Source of the DNA: Eledone cirrhosa | Lineage: Eukaryota | Direction of reading: 5' to 3' | Length of the DNA stretch: 64,000 nucleotides | Assembly (NCBI GenBank): GCA_964016885.1 | Contig: OZ024763.1 | Coordinates: 23,312,001 to 23,376,000 of the forward strand | Shown: piece by piece, positions 47,512-60,465 of the stretch | How the letters are laid out: each line of letters begins with the position of its first letter | Position numbering within the stretch: the first letter of the stretch is position 1 | Made by a program: the position numbers and the translations under genes | Notes under the pieces: generated by a model | What the model was told of the DNA's origin: nothing | Seen by the model: the letters and a program-made list of their open reading frames with translations, nothing else | The model's database searches: none

Positions 47512-49060
47512 ATCATCATCACCGTTTTACGTCCGTTCTTCCACGCTAGCATGGGTTAGACGGGTTGTCCTGTTGTGGGCAGTGTCTGGTCGGCTGACCA
47601 TGCCTTGCTCATACAGGAACTGATCTGGCTTGATTTCTACAGCTGGATGCCCTTCCTAACACCAACCTCATTTACAGTGAGTGCTGGGTGCTTTTTCGTG
47701 GCGCCTACACGTCCACTTTACAGTGTGGGCTGGGTGCTTTTTTTGCCGTGGCACCTCCACGGCCACCTTGCGGTGGAGGGGGGGGGGGCATATTGTTTAT
47801 ATGCTTCAGCATGTACCCATGGGAGGTCGGGTACCCTGTATTACTGCGTGACGCCAGAAGTCACGGTCGTGTGTCATTGACTTTGAGAGGTGTAGTTGGG
47901 TAAGGTCGGCTTTTATCACCTCATCCCAAGTCATCTTGGGTCTCCCCACTCCGCGGTTTCCATCAACTTCTAGTGCTCTGCACCTTTTTATGCAGCTGTC
48001 ATCCTTCATACGCATCACATGTCCATACCAGCGTAACCGCCTCTCCTGCACGCAGCATTTGATTCCTCTTATGCTCAGTCTCTCTCTCAATTCCTTTATG
48101 CTTTGTCGTTCACGTATATTACTGTTACACATCCATCGGAGCATGCAGGCTTCGTTTCTCTCTAATCTACGTAAGTCTTCCACCTTCAGCGCCCAGGTCT
48201 CACTACCATGCAACATCGCTGTTCGGATACACGCATCATACAGTCTGCCTTTCATTCTGAGGGAGAAGCCTTTTGCAGCTAGCAGTGGTAGTAGTTCCCT
48301 AAACTTCTTCCATCCCGTTCTTACCCTAGTTATTGTACTTTCTGAGCACCCACCTCCGTTGCTAATTCGGTCACCTAGGTAGCAGAAGCTGTCTACTGTT
48401 TCTACAGGGCCCTCCCAGAGATTGGTGGTACTTGTTTCCTGTGGCTGTTTGCTTGCTGTTTCAGCACAGCTGCTGCATGTGAATCCTACATTCTTAATTA
48501 AGCTTCCTGAGATCCCGCTACATCTCTTGTGTACCCATTGTTTGCATTTGGGGCAGAGAATGGAGTTTCTACCTACACCTTTCCTACATACTGAGCAAGG
48601 CCATTTCCCTGAGGGGATCTGGGTTCTGTTTTCTCGTCTACTTACAAGGACCTTAGTCTTTGTCATGTTGACTTTGAGGCCCTTTCTCTCTAGTCCCTGC
48701 TTCCAGGTTTGGAATTTATTCTCTAGTTCTACCATAGATTCAGCTATGAGTGCGAGGTCATCAGCATACAGGAGTTCCCATGGGCATCCGGTCTTAAACT
48801 CCTCCGTTATTGCCTGCAGGACTATGATGAACAGGAGAGGGCTAAGAACAGAGCCCTGGTGGACCCCAACCTGTACGCTAAATTCCTCGCTATACTCATT
48901 GCCAATCCTAACTTTGCTGACTGCTCCCCTATACATGGCTTGTACCGCTTTCACAAGCCATTCATCTACTCCTAGTTTTCTAAGAGCCCACCAGATTACT
49001 GCACGTGGAACTCTGTCAAAGGCTTTCTCAAGGTCGACAAATGCCAAGTAGAGTGGCTTA
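47512..49060 (-). mobile_element. RTE family A, 5'-truncated; coding 47806-49060
   Basis: [28 protein letters not shown]. Nearly identical to 1-1222. Confidence 0.94.
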
Positions 49061-49074
49061 CATATGTATGTATA

Positions 49075-49108
<34 letters not shown>

Positions 49109-49167
49109 CGTGAGAGAGAGAGTGTGTATATATATTTGTGTGTGTGTGTGTGTATGTGTGTATGCGC

Positions 49168-49211
<44 letters not shown>

Positions 49212-49238
49212 ATGTGTATATATATATATATTTATATA

Positions 49239-49289
<51 letters not shown>

Positions 49290-49403
49290 GTGTGTGTATA
49301 TATGCGTTATATGTCTGTGTATATATATGTGTATATTTATGTATAGGTCTGTGTATGTATGTGTATATTTGTATATGTATGGATATATATATATATGGAT
49401 ATG

Positions 49404-49448
<45 letters not shown>

Positions 49449-49741
49449 ATGTGTGTGTATGTATAGATGTGTATACATATGCATGTGTGTGTGTGTGTAT
49501 ATTTATGTGTGTGCGTGTATATATATATATATATATATATATGTGTATGTATGTGTATGTATGTATGTATGTGTGTGTGTGTGTTTGTATGTGTATATAT
49601 TTGTTTATGTGTGTGTATATATATATATGACTCCAGTTCCCCAGTGAATTAACAACCCAACAAGGAACTGGGCATATCAGAGTATTGACAATATCATACA
49701 CCTAAACAACATATGTACTTGTCTATACCATACTAATTCAA

Positions 49742-49796
49742 ACTGCCTGAAGAGGTCACAGCCAAAGATGGCTGTCACTGAAATATATATAGCAGT
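49742..49796 (+). ncRNA. Type I hammerhead ribozyme motif with palindromic minimal stem III
   Basis: ACUGC-CUGAAGA-ggucacagcc/ggcugucacu-GAAA-UAUAUA-UA-GCAGU, immediately followed by AAUAAA. Confidence 0.75.
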
Positions 49797-50006
49797 AATA
49801 AACGAAGCTAAATTTTAATCATTTGACTTTTATTTAACTTTATTTTATATATATATATATATATATATGTGTGTATGTGTATGTATGTATATATGTATGT
49901 GGTTATATATATGAATGTATATATATATATGTATTTGTGTATATATATATGTGTGTGTGTGTTTGTGTGTATGTGTGTGTATATGTATATATATATGTGT
50001 GTGTAT

Positions 50007-50064
<58 letters not shown>

Positions 50065-50171
50065 GGTTATATATATGAATGTATATATATATATGTATTT
50101 GTGTATATATATGTGTGTGTGTGTTTGTGTGTATGTGTGTGTATATGTATATATATATGTGTGTGTATGGG

Positions 50172-50259
<88 letters not shown>

Positions 50260-50412
50260 GTATGTATATATATATATATGTGTGTGTGCGTGTGTGTGTG
50301 TATGTATATATGTGTATATATGTATATATATGTATATATATGTATATGTGTATATGTATATGTATATATGTGTATACGTATGTGTGTGTATATATGTATG
50401 TGTATGTATGTA

Positions 50413-50443
<31 letters not shown>

Positions 50444-50460
50444 GTATGTATATGTATATA

Positions 50461-50497
<37 letters not shown>

Positions 50498-50726
50498 ATA
50501 TATATGTATGTATGTATATATATATATATATTTGTGTATGTATATATGTCTATGTGTATTTGTGTGTATATACATGTATATTCGTGTTTGTATGTATGCG
50601 TGTGAGTGTATTTATTTGTGTATATATATATGTGCGTGTGTGTGTATGTATGTGTATGTGTGTGTGTGTGTATTTGTATATATATATATGTATATATGTA
50701 TGTGTGTGTGTGTATATATGTGTATA

Positions 50727-50757
<31 letters not shown>

Positions 50758-50766
50758 GTGTATATA

Positions 50767-50799
<33 letters not shown>

Positions 50800-51433
50800 T
50801 ATATATGTATGTGTGTATGTATGTCTGTATGTACGTGTGTACATGAATATATATTTATATATTTTTATATATATGTGTGTGTGCTTTTATGTGTGTATAT
50901 GTGTTTGTGTGTGTGTTTATGGTTGCGCGTAAGTGTGTGAGTGAGTATGTGTTTTTTTGTTTTTTTGTGAATGTGTCTGTTGATTTTTGGCATATAGTTG
51001 ATTAGTTTAAGAGAAGTTCGAAGATAATAGTAAGATATGCATTCAGTATTTTGAATCTGTCTGCAGAATTCTCTAGACCTTTGTCACTTAGTAGAACCTT
51101 AATGACTTTAGCTTTTAAAGAATCTCCCTTTTCTTTAATTCTATTGACTATGACTGACCCCCCACTGATTTTATAGACATCTGTTAGCTTAAGAGAAACT
51201 TATTGACAAGGAATGGTAGGCCATCCGGAACCTGTTTATAGAATTCTGTCTGCCCTTGTTAGTCTAAAAACATAAATAAATAAAAATAAAAATAAAAATA
51301 AACTATAGCTTTGTAGAATTAGCTTTTACTGAATTCCCTTTTCTATCAACCAATTACCTGCACCCATCCCACTCCCCACCCTCTCCTACCACTTGTAGAG
51401 ACCTATAAATACCATATTTATTTTTTGATACCC

Positions 51434-51484
51434 AGATTCCTGATTATTTCAAATGAATGAAACAGTTCTAGTCCTATAGAATCT
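51434..51484 (+). ncRNA. Mutated copy of the 42820-42870 hammerhead
   Basis: Core reads CUGAUUA and stem III has a mismatch. Confidence 0.55.
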
Positions 51485-51496
51485 CATCTATATTAA

Positions 51497-51539
<43 letters not shown>

Positions 51540-51629
51540 TATATACATACATATATATACATATATATATATATATAGAGATATATACATACATACATAC
51601 ATATACATACATATATATATATATATACA

Positions 51630-52209
51630 TAAATTAATAAAATAATGAATAAACAAAGAAACAGTTCCTTATATTAAAAAAATTCATAATATGTACAATA
51701 TTTATACAAACTATCAGAGGGAATATACATACCTTCACATATATATGCTGTCTTCAGAAATAATGATATTTGTTTATTGAAAAAAAACAAAGATTCAATA
51801 CAATAGGTCTGTTTGGGAACAGGTTTTGAATTGACCAATAGAGAGATAGTGAGGGTCAAGATAGTAATATAGTAGTAGAAGAACCTTAAATTATGGGTAG
51901 AGGAAGGTAGATTTCAGTTTTGGATGGAAAAGAATATTATGAATGAAGGATTATTTTAGGGAAGAAATAGGTCTTATGCTGACCTCAGAAATAATTTTAT
52001 TTGTTCATTGAAGATCTAATATATTCTGTCTGTTTGGTAAGAGGTTTAGAATTAACTAATAGAAAGTTAATAATTTATCTTGACTCTGTTTTCCGTTTAT
52101 TTTTCACCAAAAGTAGTTTTTGAATGCATCTTTTTTCATGATACCCGGATTACATTGAGTTCTTCATACAGATTGGACACTACCGTAAACTTTTGGTAGA
52201 TTTATCTAC

Positions 52210-52210
<1 letters not shown>
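51630..52210 (-). mobile_element. Penelope pseudo-LTR-like repeat, deleted copy
   Basis: Near-identical to 62480-63140 except for deletions. Fragments at 4506-4570 and 41763-41990. Confidence 0.6.
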
Positions 52211-52280
<70 letters not shown>

Positions 52281-52405
52281 CATATATATATATATATACA
52301 TACATATATAGATATATATATACATACATATATAGATATATACATACATACATATACTTACATATATATATATATAGATATATACATACACATATATATA
52401 TATAT

Positions 52406-52438
<33 letters not shown>

Positions 52439-53127
52439 GAGATATATACATACATATATATATATATATAGATATATACATACATATATATATATATATA
52501 TATAGAGATATATACATACATATACATACATATATATAGATATATACATACATATACATATATATATATAGATATATACATACATACATATACATACATA
52601 TATATATATATAGATATATACATACATATACATATATATATATATAGATATATACATACATATACATACATATATATATAGATATATACATACATATACA
52701 TACATATATATACATATAGACATACATACATATACATACACATATATATATATACATATATAGATATATACATAACTACATATATATATGTATGTGTATA
52801 TATGTATATATATATACATATATATACATATATACACATACATATATATATACATGTGTGGGAGAGAAGACTGTGATGCGCATGGAGGGTGACTGCTGGG
52901 TAAAGAAGTGCCAAGAAATACCAGTAGAAGGCAGACTACAAAAATCATGAACGGGATGTGATGAGTGCTGACCTCAGATAGCTGAGGCTCATAATCCTTT
53001 GTCATTTCCTCTGTACACTTTAGTGATCTGAAAGCAGCTCTCACCACATCCGCCCATGTTTATTAACATTTACATTTGGTAATGTAAACTTTATTTGAAG
53101 ACCAACTTATGTATATTTATTTACATA

Positions 53128-53921
53128 CTAGCTGAGGTACCCGGTAATACCTAGGAGCGGGGGTTTTCCCAGTTCCCATTAAATTGCCCAATGCCTCTCA
53201 GACAAAAAATGAAATCAAAATATAGGACAGATAATCAAAAGCGAAGACAAATTCATTTACAAAACAAAATACAAACAAATATTGTTGATTGCATTGGTCA
53301 GGCGAAAAAATGTTTGTCAGAGAAGTTGAGTGTTGCTATAAGGAAAAAAATAGAACCCCCATTAGGGCGTCTTAGTATTATTGAAATTTGCTGAAATTTT
53401 GTGAATAGGCATCATATCTTGGTTTAAATTTCATATAAATTAAAGGGAAAAATTAAGCGGGGGTTTTGTGCCCCCGGGGAACCCTTTGATTAAAATGAAA
53501 TATACTTATCCAAGTACCCTGGGCAATGTATGATAGTTTCAGAATATATATGGTTATGGGTGTCTATCTCCAAAACCATAGGAGGAGTTTGTGAAATCTT
53601 GTTCCATTTATTGGCCAAAATTTTCACTATAGGGGGTTTAACCCCCATTAGGGTGTCTTAATATTATTGAAATTTGCTGAAATTTTGTGAATAGGCATAT
53701 CTTGTCATTTACGTATGGTTTAAATTTCATATAAATCATAGGGAAAGCAGGGGTTTTCAGCAGGGTTTTATGCCCCCAGAGAACCCTTTGATTAAAATGA
53801 AATATACGTGAGAAATCAAATGGGCATGAGCCCCACACGTGTCAAGTTTCATCAAGATCTGTTTGGTAGTTTTTGAGTTTTAGGTTCACAAACAAATTGC
53901 CATTTATGTATTATACATAGA
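53128..53921 (-). mobile_element. Non-autonomous Helitron
   Basis: Minus strand begins A|TCTATGTATAATAC and ends with an imperfect hairpin then CTAG|T. No TSD. Internal duplication of about 150 bp. Confidence 0.68.
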
Positions 53922-54111
53922 TAATTCATCTTCACCGTTATTCTTGTATGGTTTAAACATCTGCACCTTTTCTTTCTCTCATTTCTAGATTTGGGTCGAA
54001 ATTTTGAACAAAAAATAAAAAGGATGAAATCCTGGTGTTTTTTTTTAATTTTATCTTTCATTTTTAAAAAATTTTATTTTTGTGGTTGTCTGAAATGACC
54101 AAAATACTGCA

Positions 54112-54246
54112 ATGACCTTCAGTAAAACGATGTTAATTGGACGTGAAACAGAGAAAAGGATACTCTATAATTTTCTACAGTCAGACGATAAGCTCCTCCA
54201 AATTTATGGTCAGCCTTCTGTTGGCAAAACCTCTTTGGTCTTAGAT
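54112..54246 (+). CDS. First coding exon of a P-loop NTPase (AAA+/STAND-like)
   Basis: MTFSKTMLIGRETEKRILYNFLQSDDKLLQIYGQPSVGKTSLVLD has an IGRE motif and Walker A GxxxxGKT. Ends at a consensus donor GAT|gtaagt. In-frame stop at 54091. Confidence 0.72.
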
Positions 54247-54404
54247 GTAAGTATTTACTTTCTAAAATACTGTAAATTGTTTCTTACCTGTGGCTGTCTA
54301 GTATTGTGTACAGATTCACCTCACCACTAGTAGGGACGTAAAGCTAAGTTGTGGTGATGGCTACTAACCATAAGAACAAGCCACATGAGGGGGACTGACT
54401 TACT

Positions 54405-54557
54405 CTTGAACCCATACTGGTGGAAACTCCGGGTGTCCTGTGTCCTTGAAACCTCTGGTGTCCTGTGTCCTTGACCCCACACTGGTGGAAACCCCGGGTG
54501 TCCTGTGTCCTTGAATCCACACTGGTGGAAACCTCTGGTGTCCTGGGTCCTTGAACC
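54405..54557. repeat. About 39-bp tandem repeat (ccacactggtggaaac...gtgtcctgtgtccttgaa)
   Basis: Three full units and one partial unit. Confidence 0.75.
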
Positions 54558-54587
54558 ATAGGGGTAAAAAACAAATATTGCCTTTAA

Positions 54588-57500
54588 CCCTTTAACATTT
54601 AAACTGGTCATATCCTGCCAGAATTCTCTGTCCTCTGTCTGTTCAAACCAGCTGTAACTGGTCACTAATACTGATGTTAAGGTATTGTTCTCAAAATAAA
54701 TAATACAAAATCTCATAGATTTGATATTATGTGAGGTAAAGCCTTTACTGTGAAAATACAGTAGTATATATAGAGTAATGTAAATGTTATGCGAGATATT
54801 ATGTGAGGCAAAGCCTTTACTGTGAAAATACAATAGTATAGAGTAATGTAAATGTTATGTGAGATATTATGTGAGGCAAAGCCTTTACTGTGAAAATACA
54901 GTAGTATATATAGAGTAATGTAAATGTTATGCGAGATATTATGTGAGGCAAAGCCTTTACTGTGAAAATACAATAGTATAGAGTAATGTAAATGTTATGT
55001 GAGATATTATGTAAAGTAAGGCTTTTACTGTGAAAATACAATAGTATATATAGAGTAATGTAAATGTTATGTGAGATATTATGAGGTAAAGCCTTTACTG
55101 TGAAAATATAATAGTATATATAGAGTAATGTAAATGTTATGTGAGATATTGTGAGGTAAAGCCTTTACTGTGAAAATACAATAGTATATAGGAATCATGG
55201 TAGCAGAAAAGTGGGCAGATAAGATAACAGACGTAAATAGAGTGAACGACAGAATAATTAAAATAAGACTTGTCCTCAATAGAACTACTGTGACAATAAT
55301 ATCTGCGTACGCACCCCAATCCGGACTGCCCGGCACTATAAAAGACAGATTCTATGAGACACTGATGCTCATTACCTCCCAAATAACCGACAGTGACTAT
55401 ATAATTATTGCTGGCGACCTAACTGGTCACGTTGGACAACATTGTGACGGCTATGACGGAATCCATGGAGGCTATGGGTTTGGTACTAGAAATGAGGAAG
55501 GCTCCAGAATCCTGGAATTCTGTGATGCAAATAACCTAACTATCTGTAACACTAACTTCAAAAAACGAGACAATCACTTGATCACCTATAGATCGGGGGA
55601 ACATACCAGCCAGGTAGATTATATCCTTACCAGAAGACGTGACAGAGTGTCTGTTGTAAACACTAAATCCCTCCCCCGATGAAGAATGCACCTCTCAACA
55701 TACTCATAATTAGCGACCTCATAGTCAGGACGAGACGTACTCGACAACAGAAGAGGACTATCCTCAGGAGAAAAATATGGAAGTTAAAAGACCCCACAGC
55801 CAGTAATAAATTTAAAAGCATATTACTTGATGCTTTTGATAGTAAGGAAGAGCAATTAGTCGTATAATATAGAGGAACAGTCGGTATTCCTGAAAGCTAA
55901 CCTGCTGAAGGCGACAGATGAAACCTGTAGCTGGAGCAGACCTATAGGCAGGAGGAGCGTAACTTGGTGGTGGAACAGTAAGGTGGAGGGGTCAATCAAG
56001 GCCAAAAAGCAGGCTTGGGAAGCATGGCGGGATGGGGGAAGTAGAGAAAACTATCAAGTGGCCAGGAGGGATGCTAGGAGACAAGTGTACTTCGCAAGAA
56101 GGGAAGCAGAGGAAAGAAAGTTCAAGCATGTTCTACAACGTGAGGTGTTCAGGATTGCTAGGCAATGTGTCAAGGAAAACAGTGATATTGTCGGGGAGAA
56201 GTGTGTCCTTAATGATGATGGTGTACTTGCCATCACTGACGCTGATAAGAAGGTAGCTTGGAAGTGTCACTATGAAAGGCTACTAAATGAGAATAATTGG
56301 GAGAAAGACAGTCTCCCCCACATCGACCCAGTAGAGGGACCAGCAGTGCAAGTTGAAGGTAGTATAATAAGTAAGGCGATCAAAGACATGAAGACGGGCA
56401 AGGCGGCCGGGCCTTCGGAAATAGTTGCTGAAATGCTGAAAGCATCTGGAACGGTGGGACACACTATGGTCACCCGGATAGTAAACCAAGTCATACAGAA
56501 CGGGGTCGTTCCGAAGGACTGGCGCAGCAGCATCATCATTAGCTGCTACAAGGGTAAAGGTGATGCCCTAGATAGGGGAAACTATGGAGGCATTAAATTA
56601 ATTGACCAGGTCATGAAGGTCACAGAAAAAGTAATAGCGCAACTAATCCGAGAGCGAATTGATCTAGACGAAATGCAGTTCGGGTTTGTGTCACGTAAAA
56701 GTACAACAGACGCTCTCTTCATTGTACGACAACTACAGGAGAAGTACCTAGCTAAAAGTAAACCCCTATACTTAGCCTTTGTTGACTTGGAGAAAGCCTT
56801 TGACAGAGTACCCCGCTCGATTATCTGGTGGGCCCTTAGAAAACTAGGTGTTGATGAATGGCTTGTGAGAGCTATACAAGCCATGTATAAAGAAACAGTC
56901 AGCAAGGTTAGAATTAACAACGAATATAGTGAAGAGTTTAGCGTAAAAGTTGGTGTTCATCAGGGCTCCGTTCTTAGCCCCCTACTATTTATTATTGCTC
57001 TTCAGGCTATAACAGAGGAGTTCAAGACCGGCTGCCCATGGGAACTCCTATATGCAGATGATCTAACGCTCATAGCTGAATCAATGGCTGAACTAGAGAA
57101 GAAATTCCAAACATGGAAGCATGGCCTAGAATCAAAAGGCCTTAACTTGTCTAAGAATAAAGTTCTAATTTGTAGGAATGAAAATAGGGCACCGGTCCCA
57201 TCTGGGAAATGGCTATGCTCAGTGTGTAGGAAAGGAGTAGGCAGAAACTCTATTTTATGTCCCAAATGCAAAGTATGGGTGCATCAAAGATGTAGTGGGA
57301 TCACAGGTAAGCTAACTAAGAATATAGATTTTATATGTGGCCGGTGCTCTGGTGTAATAAGTAGCAGCAAGTGCTCACAGAATAAGAATCAAACGGCCTT
57401 AAAGTTAACTTGTCTAAGACTAAAGTTCTAGTTTGTAGGAAGGTAAATAGGGCACTGGTCCCATCTGGGAAATGGCCATACTCAGTGTGTAGGAAAGGAG

Positions 57501-58949
57501 TAGGCAGAAACTCCATTTTATGTCCCAAATGCAAAGTATGGGTGCATAAAAGATGTAGTGGGATCACAGGTAAGCTAACTAAGAATATAGATTTTATATG
57601 TGGCCGGTGCTCTGGTGCAAAAAGTAGCAGCAAGTGCCCACAGAATACTAGCTCATTCCATTGCACAGATGGTTCTATAGAAATAGTGAACAGCTTCCGT
57701 TACCTGGGTGACAAAATCAGCAGTGGGGGAGGGTGCTCTGAAAGTACAGTAGCTAGAGTCAGAACGGGATGGAAAAAGTTCAGAGAGCTTATACCACTAT
57801 TGGCCGCTAAAGGGTTCTCTCTAAAAATGAAAGGCAGGCTGTATGATGCCTGCATACGAACAACAATGTTACATGGCAGTGAGACCTGGGCATTGTGTGC
57901 AGAGGATATACGCAGACTGGAGAGAAACGAAGCTTGCATGCTCCGCTGGATGTGTAATAGTAATATACGTGAACGGCAAAGCATAAACGAATTAAGGGAG
58001 AAATTAGGAATAAGAGGATCAGATGTTGTTTACTCGAGAGAAGACTTCGTTGGTACGGTCACGTGATGCGCATGAAAGACGACAGCTGTATAAAAAAGTG
58101 CAGGGCAATAAAAATAGACGGTAGCCACGGAGTAGGCAGACCCAGAAAAACCTGGGACGACTTGATAAATTCCTACCTCACACACTTACACCTCTCCAAG
58201 ACAATGTCACTGTTCGAGATCTTTGGCGCTACACAGTTATACAGAAGACCCGCCTTGCCTAAGTACAAAGCGAAACCTACAGTCAGTAGGCACCTCTAAC
58301 AGAATACACCCCCGTCTCACTACCCCCACCCCATACACCACCCCCTTAAATGTGAAGTTATGTTGATACCACAACATCCAGTCTGAAACAAATGAGGTCG
58401 TGTAGGTGTCACGACAAAAAAAAACACAGTCCACGCTGTAATGTGGCCGTGTAGGTAACAAGGTAAAAACCTCCCAGTACACACTGTAAATGTGGTTGGT
58501 GTTGGGAAGGGCACCCAGCCGTAGAAAACCCGCCAGACGTGTAGGTGTCATGACAAAAAAACACACAGTCCATGCTGTAATGTGGCCGTGTAGGTAACAC
58601 GGTAAAAACCTCCCAATCCACACTGTAAACGTGGTTGGTGTTAGGAAGGGCATCCAGCCGTAGAAAACCCGCCAGACAGTCCTATACGAGCAGGATAACC
58701 AATCTTGCCTCAAGTGAGAAAACTCCTGTCCAAACCCATGCAAGCATGGAAGATGGACGTTAAACGATGATGATAATGATGAAGAGTAATGTAAATGTTA
58801 TGTGAGATATTATGTGAGGTAAAGCCTTTACTGTGAAAATACAATAGCATATATAGAGTAAGGTAAATGTTATGTGAGATATTATGTGAGGTAAAGCCTT
58901 TACTGTGAAAATACAATAGTATATATAGAGTAATGTAAATGTTAAAGGG
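54588..58949. mobile_element. piggyBac-type MITE with an internal 68/72-bp tandem array, interrupted by an RTE
   Basis: TTAA at 54584-54587 and 58950-58953, CCCTTTAAC...GTTAAAGGG termini. The array stops at 55190 and resumes at 58783. Confidence 0.88.
55190..58782 (+). mobile_element. RTE family B, long copy (EN-RT), frameshifted, with an internal ~260-bp duplication
   Basis: SAYAPQ, AGDL.GHVG, QVDYIL, MQFGF, DLEKAFD, YADD. The finger region occurs twice (about 57130-57380 and 57385-57645). Confidence 0.94.
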
Positions 58950-59724
58950 TTAAACCTTAGATAATTTATGTTCATAAGTTATTTAATTAGTTGTAAAAAT
59001 CATTAGAGAGGTTGCCCATTACTCCTCGTGATGCTGCTCTCTTTTGCTCTGGTGTTGGCTCGGCTGTTCACCCCTTCCTTTACATTTTCCTTAATATTGC
59101 AAAATTAAAGGAATATATCCTCTGAAAGAATCGCGAGAAATTTATAATGTTATCTAAGTATTTGTAATGTTATTTATGTATATATTTAAAACATATTTGT
59201 TATGTTATTCTACTGTAAATTTATTTATATGCTTTGCTAAGTTATGTTCTAAAAATTAAAAAAAGTTATTTAAAAAAAAAGAAAAAAATAATTAGATAAT
59301 TTATGTTCACAAATTTTGAAAATCATACCCGATGCTCCAGCATGGCCTCAGCCGGATGGCTGGAACAGGTAAATGAGTAAAAGAGGGTATCATTTATTAG
59401 AAATATAGTAGAGGTAAAGAGTAAATAAACTATTGAAAATATATATACATATACAGTTTAGACACAATATATAGAATATATATATAATGGAGTTGTTGTA
59501 AGGAATCAGATGGACTCACCAGTGTATTCAATACTTAGGGTAGTAGAGTGGGTAATAAGAAAATGTATGACCCCGACGGCAGAGCTCAAGCCGTTTCAAC
59601 AGCTATTTCTGGACTATATATATACACACCCCAACCCACTACCACTACTCCATCCTCACACTCCCACCAACACCACCCTTTCACTGTAAAGTTGGTACCA
59701 CAACATCCAGTCTAAATTAATGAG

Positions 59725-59915
59725 ATAATTGTTTCTACGTTAGGCACAAGGCCAGCAATTACCCAGTGTATTACTGGTACTTTATTTTATCGACCCCGTA
59801 AGGATGAAAGGCAAAGTTAACCTCGGCGGGATTTGAACTCAGAATGGCAAGGGCCGTAACTCTATGCGTCAAAGCATGGCGTCCGACCCTCTACCCATAC
59901 TGCCAATCCACCGCC
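59725..59915 (-). mobile_element. tRNA-derived SINE inserted in an RTE 3' UTR fragment (59627-60160)
   Basis: Flanking duplication attaatgagataat. Confidence 0.88.
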
Positions 59916-60279
59916 TATTAATGAGATAATGAGATCGAGATCGTGTAGGTGTCATGACAAAAAAACACACAGACCACGCTGTAATGTGGCCGTGTAGGTA
60001 ACACGGTAAAACGTTCCCAGTTCCACACTGTAAATGTGGTTGGTGTTAGGAAGGGCATCCAACCGTTGAAAACCTGCCAGACAGTCCTATACGAGCGAGA
60101 CACGGTCATCCGTCTAACCCATGCTAGCGTGGAAGATAGACGTTAAACGATGATGATGATAACACACAGTTTAAACAATATATAGAATATATGGGGCTAT
60201 ATATACATATATATATATATACACACACACACATATACACAATTTAGGCACAATATATAGAATATATGAGGCTATATAT

Positions 60280-60332
<53 letters not shown>

Positions 60333-60431
60333 TATATACAATTTAGGCACAATATACAGAATATATGGGGCTATATATATATATATATATATATACACAC
60401 AATTTAGGCATAATATACAGAATATATGGGG

Positions 60432-60465
<34 letters not shown>

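Larger units (their letters stand above)
42804..51500 (+). mobile_element. Penelope-like (Naiad-type) element with inverted pseudo-LTR, 5'-truncated ORF and two nested RTE insertions
   Basis: 42804-43605 plus 45279-45626 is the reverse complement of about 50385-51500. An RT-GIY-YIG ORF lies between the arms and both arms carry a hammerhead motif. Confidence 0.72.

Noticed and set aside
47806-49701. 631-aa ORF suggesting an RT with a long N-terminal extension
   Set aside because: RT homology begins at 49060. The upstream part is microsatellite that happens to be in frame.
54723-55190. Regular repeats resembling a CRISPR array (also 12506-12795, 24113-24412, 54405-54557)
   Set aside because: Units are contiguous with no unique spacers, there are no cas genes, and the context is eukaryotic and mostly TE-derived.
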